A stretch of DNA of 64,000 bases from Cetorhinus maximus (Eukaryota), in assembly GCF_964194155.1 (NCBI RefSeq), contig NC_135901.1:4898001-4962000 (forward strand), read 5' to 3'. The notes below the pieces were generated by a model that saw only the letters and a program-made list of their open reading frames with translations, did no database searches and had not been told where the DNA came from. Each line of letters starts with the position of its first letter. Position 1 is the stretch's first letter. Positions 50,001-64,000 of this stretch are shown here, piece after piece. The translations under genes were made by a program, and so were the position numbers.

Positions 50001-53000
50001 GAAGGTGAAGAGCTTAGGGGTGAATACTTGGAGAATGTGAGTAGCTTCAAGTACCTGGGGCCAGCGATGGCAGAAGATGGAAGTATGGAAATTAAGAAAC
50101 AGATTAGCTTTGGTTGGAGTAATTGGAAGAAGTGCAGTGCAATGTGATGTGATCGAAAAGTGTCACTGAAATTGAAAAGGAAGAATCTACAGGACAGTTG
50201 TGAGACCGGCCTTGTTATACATAGCAGAAACTTGGGTAATATCAAGAAGAGAGGAACAATGACTGGATACAATGAGATACAGGTGCTGAGATGGATGTGT
50301 GGAGTGACAAGAAAGGACAAGATCAGGAACCAGTATATCAGGGGGTCAGTGAAGATTGTGGAAACATCGAAGAAAGTAGCTGAGAAGAGATTGAAATGGT
50401 CTGGTCATCCATTGTGGAGAGAAAGAGGAAATGTGGTGAGGTGAGTGATGGACATGGGACTGTCAGGAAGAAGGAGAAGAGGAAGGTCTAAGGGCCAGAT
50501 GGAAAGATGTGGTGGCCAGAGACAGAAATGCAGTGGGATTGGAAAAGGAATGTGTGAGTGACAGGGGATGGAGAAGGTGATCAAGCAGCATTGTGGTGAC
50601 CCCAAGTAAAATGGGAGGAAGATGAAGTAGTAAAAAACAGATCCTAATGAACATGGTTCAGTCCTGGGTGTGGTTAACAGCAAAATCAAATCACGGGAGT
50701 TACTCATGAACTTGCTGGTGTTTAAGCAGGTTGGATGACCGAGTGAATCTCTTCCCACAGTCCAAGCAGGTGAACAGTCTCTCCCCAGTGTGAATTAGCT
50801 GGTGTACAGTGAGGTTAGATGATGTCTTGAACCCAGACCCACAGTGAGAGCACCTGAACGGTCTTTCATCGGTGTGAACACGTTGATGGGATATCAGTGC
50901 CCCAGAACTTTTAAAGCACTTCCCACAGTCTTGGCATTGAAAAGGTCTCTCATCAGTGTGAACTCGTTGGTGTATCATCAAGTCGGGTGACCGAGTGAAG
51001 CCATCTCCACACTCTGAGCAGGTGAATGGTCTCTCCCCAGTGTGAGTGAGTTTATGTAAATGCAGGTTGCCGGACTGAGTGAATCCCTTCCCACATATGG
51101 AGCAGGTGAACGGTCTTTCTTCAGTGTGAACTCGCTGGTGTCTCAGCAGGTGGGATGACTGAGTGAATCTCTTCCCACAGTCAAAGCAGATGAATGGTCT
51201 CTCCCCAGTGTGAACTCGCTGGTGATTCAGCAAGATAGATGAATGGGTAAATCCCTTCCCACAATCCCAACATTTCCATGGCTTCTCCCCGTTGTGATTG
51301 CATTTGTGTTTCGAGAGGCCAGATGTTCGGCTGATGCCTCGTCCACACACAGAACACGTATACGGTTTCTCCTCATTGTGAACGGTGCTTTTTCCTTCCA
51401 TGTTCAAAATCTAATGATATTCAGGTTACGGTAAATTGGGTGACTCTGTCAGATTCTGATGTGATGTTTGGTTTCACTTTCACGGCTGCAAATCCTCTCC
51501 TCCTAAAAACCTGTCAAATTGATTTAAACCAGAAAAAAAGCAGTGAGAGAGAACCCACAAAAACACAAAGGCACCAGAAAAGTGACCATGACCAAGAGGG
51601 AGAGAGAGAAAGAGTGAGAGAAAGAGAACGAACTGCCTTCTTAAACTGCTACTGTCCATGTGATGTAGGTACACCCACAGTGCTGTTAGGGAGGGAGTGC
51701 CAGGATTTTGACCCGGCGACAGTAAAGGAACAGTGATACATTTTCAAGTCAGAATGCTGAGTGGCTTGAAGGGGAACTTCCAGGTGGTGGTATTTCCATG
51801 CATTTGCTGTACTTGTCTTTTTAGATGGTAGCGGTCGTGGGTTTGGAAGATGCTAAGCGTCTTGGTGAGTTCCTGCAGTGAATCTTGTAGATAGAATACA
51901 CTGCTGTCACTGTGCATCAGTATTGGAAGGAGTGAGTGTTTGTAGATGGGGTGTCATCAAGCGGGCTGCTTTGTCCTGGATGGCATCAAGCTTCTTGAGT
52001 GTTGTTGGAGCTGCACTCATCCAGGAAAATAGGGAGTATTCCATCACAATCTTGACTTGTGCCTTGTAGATGGTGGGCAAGCTTTGGGGATTCAGGAAGT
52101 GAGTTACTCCTCACATGATTCCTAACCTCTGACCTGCTCTTGTAGCCACAGTATTTATATGGCTAATCCAATTCAGTTTCTGGTCAATAGTAACCCCCAG
52201 GATTTAAATGGTGGGGGTTTCCGCAATGGTAATGCCATTGAATGTCAAGGGCTAATGGAGAGATTCTATCTTGTTGAAGAGGGTCATTGCCTGGCACTTG
52301 CATGGCGCGAGTGTTTCTTGCCACTTTTCAGCCCAAGCCTGGATATTGTCCAGGTCAGCAGCATTTGGACATGGACTGCTTCAGTATCTGAGGAGTCACA
52401 AATGGTGCTGAACATTGTGCAATCATCAGCGAACATCCCCACTTCTCACCTTATGTTGGAAGGAAGGTCATTGGTGAAGCAGCTGAAGATGGTTGGGCCA
52501 AGGACACTACCCTGAGGAACTCCTGGAGTGATGCCCTGGAGTTGAGATAACTGACCTCCACCAACCACAACCATCTTCCCTTGTGCTAGGTATGACTGCA
52601 ACCAGCAGAGAGTTTTCCCCCTGATTCACATTGACTTCAATTTTGCTAGAGCTCCTTGATGCTTCAGTAAATCAGTTGCTGCCTTGATATCAAGGGCAGT
52701 CACTCTCACCGCACCTCTGGAGTTGCTGGAGCTATGTTAAAGGTGCTTTATAAATACAACAAATTGTTGTTGACTTGGACCTATATCACCATTCCTTCAT
52801 CACTGCTGTATGAAAATCCTGTAACTCCTTATCTAACTGCATTGTAGGAGCAACTTCACCACACGGACTGCAGCGGTTCAGGAAAGTCAAACATCATCTT
52901 CTCCACAGCTAACTGGGAATAGGTAATAAAAACTGCTGGTCTTGTTAGTGATGCCCAAATCCCAAGAATAAATTTTAAAAACATGCATATGTCAAATAGA

Positions 53001-56000
53001 TCAAAAGCATCAAAAGAAATCCTTGTTCCTAAAACAGTTACATTGCCTGGACAGTGTCTGTTTATTAACCTGTTCTCACCTAGTATCTACCTCCCTCGAC
53101 AATTTCACATCGGATATTGCTGGGCCCAACTGGGTTCCAAAGTCCTCAGGGTTAAACCAAGCAGCTTCTCCTCCATCTCCACTCCAGCTCAAACTGATAC
53201 AATAAAGGCTTTCAAAGGGAATTGAATAAGCACCTAGAGAGGGAAAATTGCTGGGCTATGAGGAAAGGGGAGGAGGGTGGGAATAGCTGATTTGTTCTTG
53301 AGAGCGCCAGCATGGGAATGATGAGCTAAATGGCCTCTGTCTGTATTATAATCATTCTATGACTGCATAAAAAAGACCTATACTGGGGGCCACGGACCAA
53401 CCTCTACAACCAACACCCACCCTGATGCAAATAAGTTTTTAATTGGTCCATCTCTGTTTCTCGATTCAGTTCAGAGAGAAACACCTGCAACAAAAAAAAG
53501 CAAAATACTGCAGTTGCTGGAAATCTGATATAAAAAGAGCAAGCGCTGGAAATACTCAGCAGGTCAGATAGTAACTGTGGAGAGAGAAAGAGAGTTAACA
53601 TTTCAGGATATGCAGAATCAATTCCAGAGAATAAAAATGGAGCATAATTTGATGGTCAACATGAGCTCATGAGCAAAAGAAAAACGATCTTTAGTGCAGG
53701 AAAAACAATTCCTGACCATTGGAAGATAAAGCTGGTAAATCAGTATTGGATAGCCAGGGGATGAGTAACGGTGGAAACCTCATTTAGACACATTTGGAAG
53801 AAATAACAGTAATATACCAAACATGGTTAAAATACATCCAATATTAGAGGCAGAGGAAGTTAGACAATGGCAGAGAGGTGGTCAGGGAAGGCAGAGTGAA
53901 ACAGAGTAATGGATAGACATGGATTCAGAACCACAGTAAAGGAGCCACACCAGCCCCAGAGCCATGGAACCAGAGCACAGCACTAAAAATTCTAAATGGT
54001 AGATGAATGTTCAATAATACTCACCTCTGAAACAATTTCACTGTTTTCAAAATTTTAATCTGCTGGAGCCTGCAGTTGAAAAGATAGCAGAAGCACTGGA
54101 GTTAGAGAAAAATCTCATAATTTTCAAATCTTCTAACTCCCTGTAACAGAGATTACAAAAGCAATAAATGTCAGTTCAGGATATAGGTTTAGAAGAGACA
54201 AATATTTCTCTTGGTTTCAGTTTGCTGTGTGTAAATCCTCTCATTCTAACCCCCTGTTAAAGAGATTTCCAAAATCCATCACCGTCTGTCCAGGATAGAA
54301 ATTCACAACATTCTCTCCACCTGCTGCCTGTCCCAGGATTACTTAAGCACTAGTTAAACCACACCTAGAATATTGTGAACTATTTTGGTCCCCTTATCTC
54401 AGGAAAGATATAGTGGCATTGGAGGCAGTCCAGAGAATGTTCACGAGGTTGATCCCAGGTATGGAGGGATTTTCTTATATGGAGAGGTTGAGTAAGTTGG
54501 GCCTGTAATCATTGGATTTTGGAAGAATGAGAAGTGACCTTATTGAAACATATAAGATTCTTAGGGGGTTTGACATGCTGAGATGCTCTCCCCTTGTAGG
54601 AGAGTCCAGGACCAGATGGCATAATCTCAGAGTAAGGGGTCGCCCATTTAAAACAGAGATGAGGAGAAATTTCTTCTCTAAGAGGGTAGTCAATCTGTGG
54701 AACTCTTTATCACAGAGGGCTGTAGATTCTGGGTCGCTAAGTATATTGAAGGCTTAGATTTTTAATCAGTAAGGGAATCAAGGGTTATGGGGAAAAGGCA
54801 GGAAAGTGGAATTGAGGATTGTCAGATCAGCCACGATCTCATTGAATGGCCTACTTCTGCTCCTACGTTTTATGGGACATATGTGCATTGGAAGCAGTTC
54901 AGAGAAGGTTCACTCGGCTGATTCCTGGGATTAGGGAGTTTATTTTCGATGCAAACGTTAAGCAGTTTGAATTTATACTCATTGGGGATTAGAAGAATGA
55001 GAGGTGATTTATTTAAACCTGTAATATTCAGGGGTCTTGACAGGATAGATCAGGGAGGATGTTTCCACTCAAAGAGGATTCTAGAATTAATGGGCCAGTT
55101 TAAAAATAAGGGGTCTCTCCTCTCAGGCTGAGATGAGGAGGAACTTCTTCTCTGAGAGGGTTGCTAATCTTTGGAATTTTCTTCCCCAGAGAGCAATGAA
55201 GGCTGGCTCATTGTATATATTCAAAGTTGAGTTAGATAGATTTTTAATCTACAAGGGAGTTATCGGGGGCAGGCAGCAAAGTGGAGTTAAGGTCACAATC
55301 AGATTAGCCATGTTCTTATTGAATAGCAGAGCAGGCTCGGTGGCCCACTCCTATTTCTGATGTTCTTAGGGTGGCCGCGCAAACGCCCTGCAGCACCTTG
55401 ACCCTCTAAAGATGGTGGCAATTAACTCGGGCCTGTCACCAGCTCTTGTGCGCAGAGAGAATGAAATCGATGAGTCAATTATTTTTTTTCTCCTGGTCAC
55501 GGGGACCCTAAAGCCCCGCCCCGCCCCGCCCCGCCCCTCTGTTGCATCACCAACACAGCCGCGCATGCGCTCCGTTCCTCGGTGGCCATTAAACTGGGCC
55601 TCTTCCCGGGAAAAAGCCCCAGAGCTGTAAACGCAGGACCCGCAGAGTTTTATTCAGGCCTTGCGGCCTACACCAGATCTTTATGAAGCCTCCTCTTCCT
55701 CCCCATCCCGACTCCCGGCTCCATCCCTCCCTCCACCTCATCGACTCTCACCCGCTGCAAAAAGCGTCTCCCGTAATTACAAGGCTCTGACCAAAGTGAC
55801 ACTGCGCATGCTCTGGACACAGTCCAATATTGCTCCTGCGCACTGGGCTCCTGTAGAGGGAATAGGGCACTTTCACATTCGCAGGGGATGTTGGGTAACA
55901 ACAGCGCCATTGATACTCCAGACAGAAAAGAAAATCATTCTGTTACCAATTGAGATAAATTGATTTAAAAATCACATAAATTCTTGTCAATGCTGTGTTT

Positions 56001-56051
56001 CATTTCTCAAAGTGATTCAAACCGCTGCTCTCCTGTGTTTTAAAAACTTTT
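47065..56051 (-). repeat. Right arm of large inverted segmental duplication
   Basis: Reverse complement of 3-9050; near-identity drops at GGGACGGG(G)ATTTAC (about 9050/47065). Confidence 0.96.
50700..51401 (-). CDS. C2H2 zinc-finger protein, 8 fingers (locus 10), intact paralogue of locus 1
   Basis: ORF 50700-51407, ATG 51401 (MEGKSTVH), acceptor at 51511. Confidence 0.88.
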   Translation of the reverse strand: MEGKSTVHNEEKPYTCSVCGRGISRTSGLSKHKCNHNGEKPWKCWDCGKGFTHSSILLNHQRVHTGERPFICFDCGKRFTQSSHLLRHQRVHTEERPFTCSICGKGFTQSGNLHLHKLTHTGERPFTCSECGDGFTRSPDLMIHQRVHTDERPFQCQDCGKCFKSSGALISHQRVHTDERPFRCSHCGSGFKTSSNLTVHQLIHTGERLFTCLDCGKRFTRSSNLLKHQQVHE

Positions 56052-56269
56052 CTGACTCTATCTCCTCCTCTGAAGGTGTTGATTCGGGCTGGCTGCAATC
56101 CCACAGTAGCTGCTTCCTCTCTCTTGATCTCGCTATCCCCGATACTGAATATTCACAGTTTTATAGAATGATACAACACAGATGGAAACCATTAGGCCCA
56201 TCATGCCTGTGCTGACTCTTTGGAAGATCTAAACAATTAATTCCTCAGACCTGTTGGCACTGTCAGAAC

Positions 56270-58100
56270 AATGTATATCTGCTGTAGAGATGGAAGCGGT
56301 GAATGGAAAAGTTGGCTACGTATCAGACACACTCACCACTGTGGAATGATCAATTGTCCAGTTTATTACGCAGAATTGAGTGTTCACTGGTTGGTTAAGC
56401 ACACAGAGTATTTGGTGGTGTTAAATTCAAAAATTCTACACACCCCCATATACTGCAGTGACATTATTAGTTAAAGGCCAAGGCAAGGGAATATCCTTGG
56501 TGTGATAGAGTAAATGAATTGAGATACAAAGCAATGACATTAACATCATAAAACTGAAAAAATTACCAATTGGCTGGAATGTTGCAGTATGAAGGAACCC
56601 CACATACTTGTCAGGTGAAAGAGGCCATATACAATGGACCTATTAAAGCCACACCACTGTTAGGCTCCACTGGGGTTTATGTGGATGAGTCTTGGTTTTA
56701 TGAACAGGGACCATATTAGACCGGTACTACATCTTTGATTCCCCATGACAGCCGTAGTATCCTTAGTAAATGCCCACCACAATACTTAGTCCAGAAATCT
56801 GAGGTTATTGTGATCAAAGCCCTTAAAACCGTCACTGATTGAATCAGCAACTATTCTGAAACCTCCTTGGGTTGTAACTCCTTCAGGGAAAACCCATTTC
56901 TCTGGCAAAAAAAAACATAACAGCAAGGAAACCACTCACCCACCACTCCAAACTCCGAATGATTTGGGATATTGCTGGTAAGTGTCCGGGGCAATTTGCT
57001 ATTTGTAAGGCGAAGGTACACCAACAGCAGGAGTTAGTGAAGAGGGTAAAAACCAGGCAGACTGACTCACTAGGAAAGCTGTTGGGATGTGCTAGGGATC
57101 CACCCAAAACTCCATCATTGGCACCGATATGACAGACTCCAGTTAAACCTGATTTTAAAATTTGTCAGGATCCTGACCCTGATGTGACTATAGTCAAAGA
57201 TGCCGTACACCATAGGAGACTTTACCTCATCCCTCAAAGCAAGTAAGGACTCGCTCATCCGACATGACGAGGTTTTTCTATTACAAGGATGACTCTAATT
57301 TGACTTGAGTCACACCTCAATGGCTCAGAAAAGGATTCATTTTGTTTGTGGGTCAAATTGGGGACATGTTTCTCTTTTTCAAGTCATCGATATGTTATAC
57401 AATTACTATTGGTGGCAGAGGATGCACCAGGTGCACCAGGATGTCCATCATAACCGGAACATGTGTCTCCTCTGTGTCCAAATCAATCCAGATCTTCAAA
57501 ATTTAAGGTTCCAATGGACACATTCCACCTGAATGATGTTCCTAGGAAGCTTTGCAGATTGATTATACAGGTTCATTATGCACATAAAAGGAAGGGATTA
57601 GGATATCATGGTAATTATAGATACGTTTACTCGGTGGATTCAAGATTTCTTGGTATGTAATAATGATGAGTCACTACAGCCAATATCCCATGGGAATAGA
57701 TCTTTACCAGATGGGGCTTTCTGAAAAGGATAGAGTGATATTGATTCTCATTTCACAGCAGAAGTAATGCAACAGCTCTGTCATCTTATGGGTATGTAAC
57801 TACATTTCCACATCCTCTACCGCCCAAAGTCCGGTGGGATGCTCGAGAGCTTTAATCACTCTGGATAAACAACACTGAAAAAAGCTGTCATGGAGGGAGC
57901 CTATTCAACACCTGCAGGGAGAACAACCTCATCTGTTACATTATCTCCTAAATGGGAGATGAAGTAATGTTTAAAAAAAATTGTGAAAAGAGGTAGGGCT
58001 AGGAGGCTATTTGGGAAGATCCATATGATGTTCTGGATAATTGGGAGAATAAAATCTTATATTATTTAATTGGAAATGAGGAAGGGAAGCACAATATCCA
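56270..58100 (+). mobile_element. Decayed retrovirus-like pol (RNase H + integrase)
   Basis: GVYVDESW (56671), CKAKVH..GKNQAD, YYWW..M..D....CLLCVQIN, LQIDYTG, IIDTFTRW, SD..SHFTA, FH..YRP.S.G..E. Confidence 0.8.
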
Positions 58101-58485
58101 AGTTACTATGGAGATCAGTGTAAACAGTACAAAATGAAAAGGTCAGATAACCACATGGGGAATAAACGCTTGTGTTTGATTTTACCCAACAGGGACTTGA
58201 TGTGGATGGTCATCGTGCTGCTGGACTGTGTCCAGGTTGAAGCCCTATGCATTTCCCCCAGATTATCCTTTCTGAGCTCCAGCCAGATGATGCTAAACAC
58301 TCAATTGAGAAAGACAAAAATCTACAACAATGTGTTTAAACCAAAGTTGATTTATTCCACATTCAAACAGAATATTAAACTCAAGCCCAGTGATGGGATT
58401 ATTACCATCCGAGACAAACCCTGATTCTCACAAGGAACGTGGTTCAATCCTGCCTGAGATTAAAAGCAGATTCCAGCCTCCACAG

Positions 58486-59416
<931 letters not shown>

Positions 59417-59779
59417 CTGTAAAATGAATTTAAAACAGGGCAAAGGGAGTGAGGGAGAACGCACAAAAGCACAGATAGGTGATGAAACTGAACTGAATGA
59501 ATTTTAGTCATTTGTGGAGCCAACACGAGGAAAAAGTGACCATGAAAACTGTTGGATTGTAAAACCTAACTGAGTCATTGATGTCAATCAGGGTAGGGAA
59601 GCTGCCACCCAATATTGACCTACAATAAGACTGTGGCCTCAACAGAAGCAGATAGACAGGTAGAAGGTTTCGGGCTGTGGCGTGGGAATGATACTGAAGG
59701 AGAGGGGTCTTATGCATTGACATGTCGACAAGAACTTAGACATGACCTCCTAAAACTGTGTCTTCCACCCACTTTAAAG

Positions 59780-60455
59780 ACAATAACAGCAGGTGCATGT
59801 GGAAAACTTCATGTTCATTTCAAGTCACACACACCATCCTGACTTGGACTCTGTTTCTTCATCATTGCTGGGCGAAAATCCTGCAATCCCTTACCTAACA
59901 GCATTGTCAAAGTGCCTTCAGCACAAGGACTGCTGTGGACAAAGAAGGCCCAGAATCAATTTCGTGTGGAGCAGGTTGGATTTCACGGGATGTGGCCATT
60001 GCTGGCGAGGCCAGCATTTATTGCCCATCACTAATTGCCTTTGAGAAGGTGGTGGTGAGCCACCTTCTTGAGCTACTGCAGTCTATGTAGTGTAGGCACA
60101 CCACACTGCTGCTGGAAAGGAGTTCCAGGATTTTGATCAGCTGATAGTGAAGGAACGGTGATATAGTTCCACGTCAAGATGGTGAGTGGCTTAGAGGGAA
60201 AATTGCAGGTGGTGGTGTTCCATGAGTCTGCTGGCCTTGTCCTTCTAGGTGATAAAAGTCGTGTGTTTGAAGGTGCTGTCGAACAAAACTTAGCGAGTTG
60301 CTGCAGTGCATCTCATAGATGATACACATTGTTGCCACTCTGCAATGGTGGTGGAGGGAGTGGATATTTAAGCTGGTCGGTGGAGTGTCAATCACGCAGG
60401 CTGCTTTGTCCTGGATGTTGCCAAGCTTCTCGAGTGTAACTGGAGCTGCACTCAT
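59780..60455. mobile_element. Two L2/CR1-group LINE 3' fragments (+ about 59780-59935, - about 59980-60455)
   Basis: ORF 60174-60455 MSAAPVTLEKL..IQDKAA. Confidence 0.75.
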
Positions 60456-60877
60456 CCGCTATATTTGCTGGCCTTGCTGGCAAAAGCCTACACACCAAGA
60501 ATTAATTTGAAAAACTAAATGGAAATGAATTAAAAGCCTTTACTGAAATTATTGCTCTGAAGAGAATACTTGTTTATTTTGTAGGGGCTGTGTCTGTTTA
60601 GCAACCGAACATCCCAGAGGAATCTATCTCCCCTGGCAGTGCACACATTGGGAATTTTGAGGCTTAACTGGGCAGAAAACTACACAGAAGATTCTCCCCC
60701 ATCCACATTCCTTTTCAAACTGATACAACAATAAAGATCCACTCAGGAGGCCAGGGACAGGCAAAGGCATCCAACTCCAATCCTGAGGCAAATACTGGAA
60801 ATATTATGTTATTTATGTGCAGAGAGAACCGAAAAAGAATTCCATTCTGTTGAGTTTTTGCCAGGATGCAGGAAAAC

Positions 60878-61260
60878 ACTTACCTGCAGCTGTTCATTAA
60901 TGGTGGCCAGCCCTCCCACAAATCCCCGCGCCCCAGAAACCGCTCTATCCAACTCGCTCCTTTCTCCAGGCGCTTAGAGTGCGCATGCTCCCCAGGGCCA
61001 GCCGCGGGGCATTCTGGGCGGCTCCTTTGTTGTGAGTCGGACTCGGTGGAAATTGGAGAAGAAACCGGAAAGCGGCGGCGAGGATGGGGGAGGCGCTGCA
61101 GCATCGCTTTGATGGGCAGCCCAGCCCGGGGAGATCACCGCACGGCCGCCGGGCCCGGCCGCTCTCATTCGGCCTCTGAGAGCCGCACTCGCTGTTCCTG
61201 AGGCTGCGCTCGCCCCCCGCTCAGTTTCTCCATTGAATCCTGTTTCTCTCCTTGTTTCTC
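60878..61260. promoter_or_regulatory. CpG-island bidirectional promoter between loci 11 (-) and 12 (+)
   Basis: TGCGCATGC (about 60980), CCGGAA, high CpG; minus-strand donor CAG|GTAAGT at 60878-60886. Confidence 0.65.
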
Positions 61261-62015
61261 CCAACTCAGATTCACCGCCTCATTTTCTTTTCTTCCTCTG
61301 AGCCCCTGAACTCCATCTGACAGGGTCATGTTGGAGAGCGGGCATTGACTGTCCTGGGAAACAACAGCAAGAGGAGCTCAGAGGCCGGAGGAACAAAGGA
61401 GCAGCGAGTTCAGTCACCAATCGGGGGGGGATTGAGGACTGGATCCTGAGTCAATCAAATCAGGGGAGTCGGAGTGAACCCCTGGGGAATCATTCATCTC
61501 TGAAAAATTAAATGAGTATCTCTTTAATCAAAAATACAATTTAACATTTATCAGTTTAATTTTTAAAAATTCTTTGTTATCTCAATCCTAGGACATCGCT
61601 GCAGGAATTCCTCAGGACAGTATCCTGGGCCCAACCATCTTCAGCTGCTTTATCAATAACCTTTTTTCCATCATAAGTCAGACTTGGGAATATATTGCCG
61701 TTCCTTCATTGTCGCTGGGTCAAAATCCTGGAACTCCCTTCCTAACAGCGCCGACACCACATGAACTACAGCAGTTCAAGGAAGTGAACAGGAAGATTTG
61801 CTGACAGGAAACTCAAACCAAAAATCACGTCAAAATCTGACAGATTCACTCAATACATCAGGTGCTGGATATCATTGAACCTTTAATGTAGAAGGAGAAA
61901 TGTTTTAACCAATTGCACAGCGTGAAAAAACATCTAATCATTCACAACGGGGATAAACTGTGTACGAGGTTTGGTCTGACCATCCAACATGGACAGCCAC
62001 GAGGACACCGGCACC

Positions 62016-62858
62016 ATGGAGAAACCGTGGAAATGTGGGGACTGTGGGAAGGGATTTGGTTCCCCGTCAAAGCTGGAAATTCATCAACGCAGTCACACTG
62101 GGGAGAGGCCATTCACCTGCTCCGTGTGTGGGAAGGGATTCACTAGTTCATCCAACCTTCTGAGACACCAGCACATTCACACTGAGCAGAGTTCAGTCAT
62201 CTGCTCCGTGTGTGGGAAGGCAATCGGTCATTCATCAAACTTTCTGAGGCACCAGCAAACTCACAGTGGAGAGAGGCCGTTCACCTGCTCTGTGTGCGGG
62301 AAGGGATTCACTCAGTCATCCTACCTGCTGACACACCAGCGCATTCACACGAGGGAGAGACCGTTCATCTGCTCCTTGTGTGGAGAGGGATTTAACCAAT
62401 TATCCAGGCTTCTGAATCACCAGAGAATTCACACTGGGGAGAGCCCATACACCTGCTTTATCTGTGGCAAGGGATTTCATCGGCCTTCCAAACTACTGAC
62501 ACACCAGCGAATTCACACTGGGGAGAGGCCATTCACCTGCTCCATGTGTGGGAAGGGATACACCAATTCATCTGACCTGTTGACACATCAGCGAGTTCAC
62601 ACTGGCGAGAGGCCATTCACATGTTCCGTGTGTGGAAAAGGATTCATTCGGTCATCCCACCTTCTGACACATCAACTTGTTCATACTGATCAGAGACCTT
62701 TTAAATGTTCTGAGTGTGAGAAGACCTTCAAAAGTGAAAAGGATCTGCTGACACACCAACGAGTTCACACTGGGGAGAGGCCATTCACCTGCTTTGTGTG
62801 TGGGAAGGGATTCACTCAGTCATCCACCCTGCTGACACATCAGCGAGTTCACAAGTGA
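62016..62858 (+). CDS. C2H2 zinc-finger protein, 10 fingers (locus 12)
   Basis: ORF 61989-62858; GCACCATGG at 62016 (upstream in-frame ATG 61989). Confidence 0.9.
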   Translation: MEKPWKCGDCGKGFGSPSKLEIHQRSHTGERPFTCSVCGKGFTSSSNLLRHQHIHTEQSSVICSVCGKAIGHSSNFLRHQQTHSGERPFTCSVCGKGFTQSSYLLTHQRIHTRERPFICSLCGEGFNQLSRLLNHQRIHTGESPYTCFICGKGFHRPSKLLTHQRIHTGERPFTCSMCGKGYTNSSDLLTHQRVHTGERPFTCSVCGKGFIRSSHLLTHQLVHTDQRPFKCSECEKTFKSEKDLLTHQRVHTGERPFTCFVCGKGFTQSSTLLTHQRVHK

Positions 62859-62959
62859 CTATGGGGATTGAAATCTGTGGTTACTGTGGCTGTTAATCCT
62901 GTTCAGGATTGAATTCTTTCATTCTGGCAGATGGAGTTTGTTTCTGCTGAAATATAATT

Positions 62960-64000
62960 GTGCAAAGATGAGTGGCAGCTCAGAAGACTGGACAGAATTT
63001 AAAAAAAGAGGATGACTGAAAGATTAATAAAGAGGGAAAAATTCGAATATGAGAGAAAGCTAGTTAGAAATATAAAGACAGATAGTAAGAGTAAATATTG
63101 ATATTTAAAAATGAAAAGTTAACAAAGTGAAGGTTGCTCCTATAGAAAGTGAATCAGGGGAGTTATTAATGGAAAATAAGGAGATGGCAGATTAATTGAA
63201 GAGGTATTTTGCATCGTCTTCACTATAGAGGGTACAAGTAACTTGCCAGAAATGGCTGTAAATCAGGAATTGGAAGGGAGGGAGGAACTCAAGAAAATTA
63301 TAATCACCAGGGAAGTGGTATTGAGCAAATTGTTGGAGCTGCGGGCTGACAAGTCCCCCTGTCCTGATGGATCCTGGGGTCTTAAAAGAAGTGGCTAGTG
63401 AGATAGTTGATGCATTGGTTTTAATTTTCCAAAATTCATTAGATTTGGAGAAGGTTCCATCAGATAGGAAAAGAGAAAATGTAACTCCTTTATTCAAAAA
63501 GGGAGGGAGACAGAGAGCAGAAAACTATAGGCCAGTTACTTAACTTCTGTCATAGGGAAAATGTTAGAAGCATTATAACAGGGCACTTAGATAAATTCAA
63601 GGTAATCAGGCAGAGTCAACAAGGTTTCGTGAGAGGGAAATCATGTTTAACCAATTTATTGGGGCTCTTTGAAGAAGTAATAGGTGCCGTGGATAAAGGA
63701 GAACTGGTGGATGTACTGTACCTATATTTCCAGAAGGCATTTGATAAGGTGCCTCATTAAAGGTTATTGCGGAAAATGAAATCTCATGGTGTAGGGGGTA
63801 ACATATTGACATGAATAGAAGATTAGCTAGCTAACAGGAAGAAGAGAGTAGGCATAAATGGGTCTTTTTCTGATTAGCAGGATGTGATGAGTGGTGTGCC
63901 ACAAGGATCAGTGCTGGGACCTCAACTCTTTACAATTTATATAAATGATCTGGATGAAGGAACCGATGGTACGGTTGTTAAATTTGCTGATGACACACAG
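62960..64000 (+). mobile_element. CR1 LINE ORF2 fragment running off the window
   Basis: [39 protein letters not shown]. Confidence 0.9.

Noticed and set aside
62016-62858. Assigning human ZNF gene symbols
   Set aside because: Similarity reflects generic finger consensus; orthology cannot be supported

Overview
Eukaryotic (vertebrate) genomic DNA, most likely a cartilaginous fish judging by the repeat set (CR1, L2-like, RTE, Penelope, Deu-domain SINE); that assignment is an inference. The window is a dense cluster of about 12 tandem C2H2 zinc-finger loci (5 with long open finger arrays, the rest pseudogenes or fragments). No KRAB domain is visible. The loci share a stereotyped cassette: CpG-island promoter, intron, conserved acceptor, 'fossil' finger leader, finger array, conserved 3'UTR. 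Several sit in head-to-head pairs. A near-identical inverted duplication of at least 9 kb (about 1-9050 vs 47065-56051) brackets the cluster, with older inverted duplications nested inside. The intergenic DNA holds nested retroelements: a near full-length CR1, a Gmr1-like (SCAN-type gag) LTR element, a solo LTR, a retrovirus-like pol remnant, and Penelope elements carrying minimal hammerhead ribozymes. All calls were made by eye; boundaries of decayed repeats are approximate.
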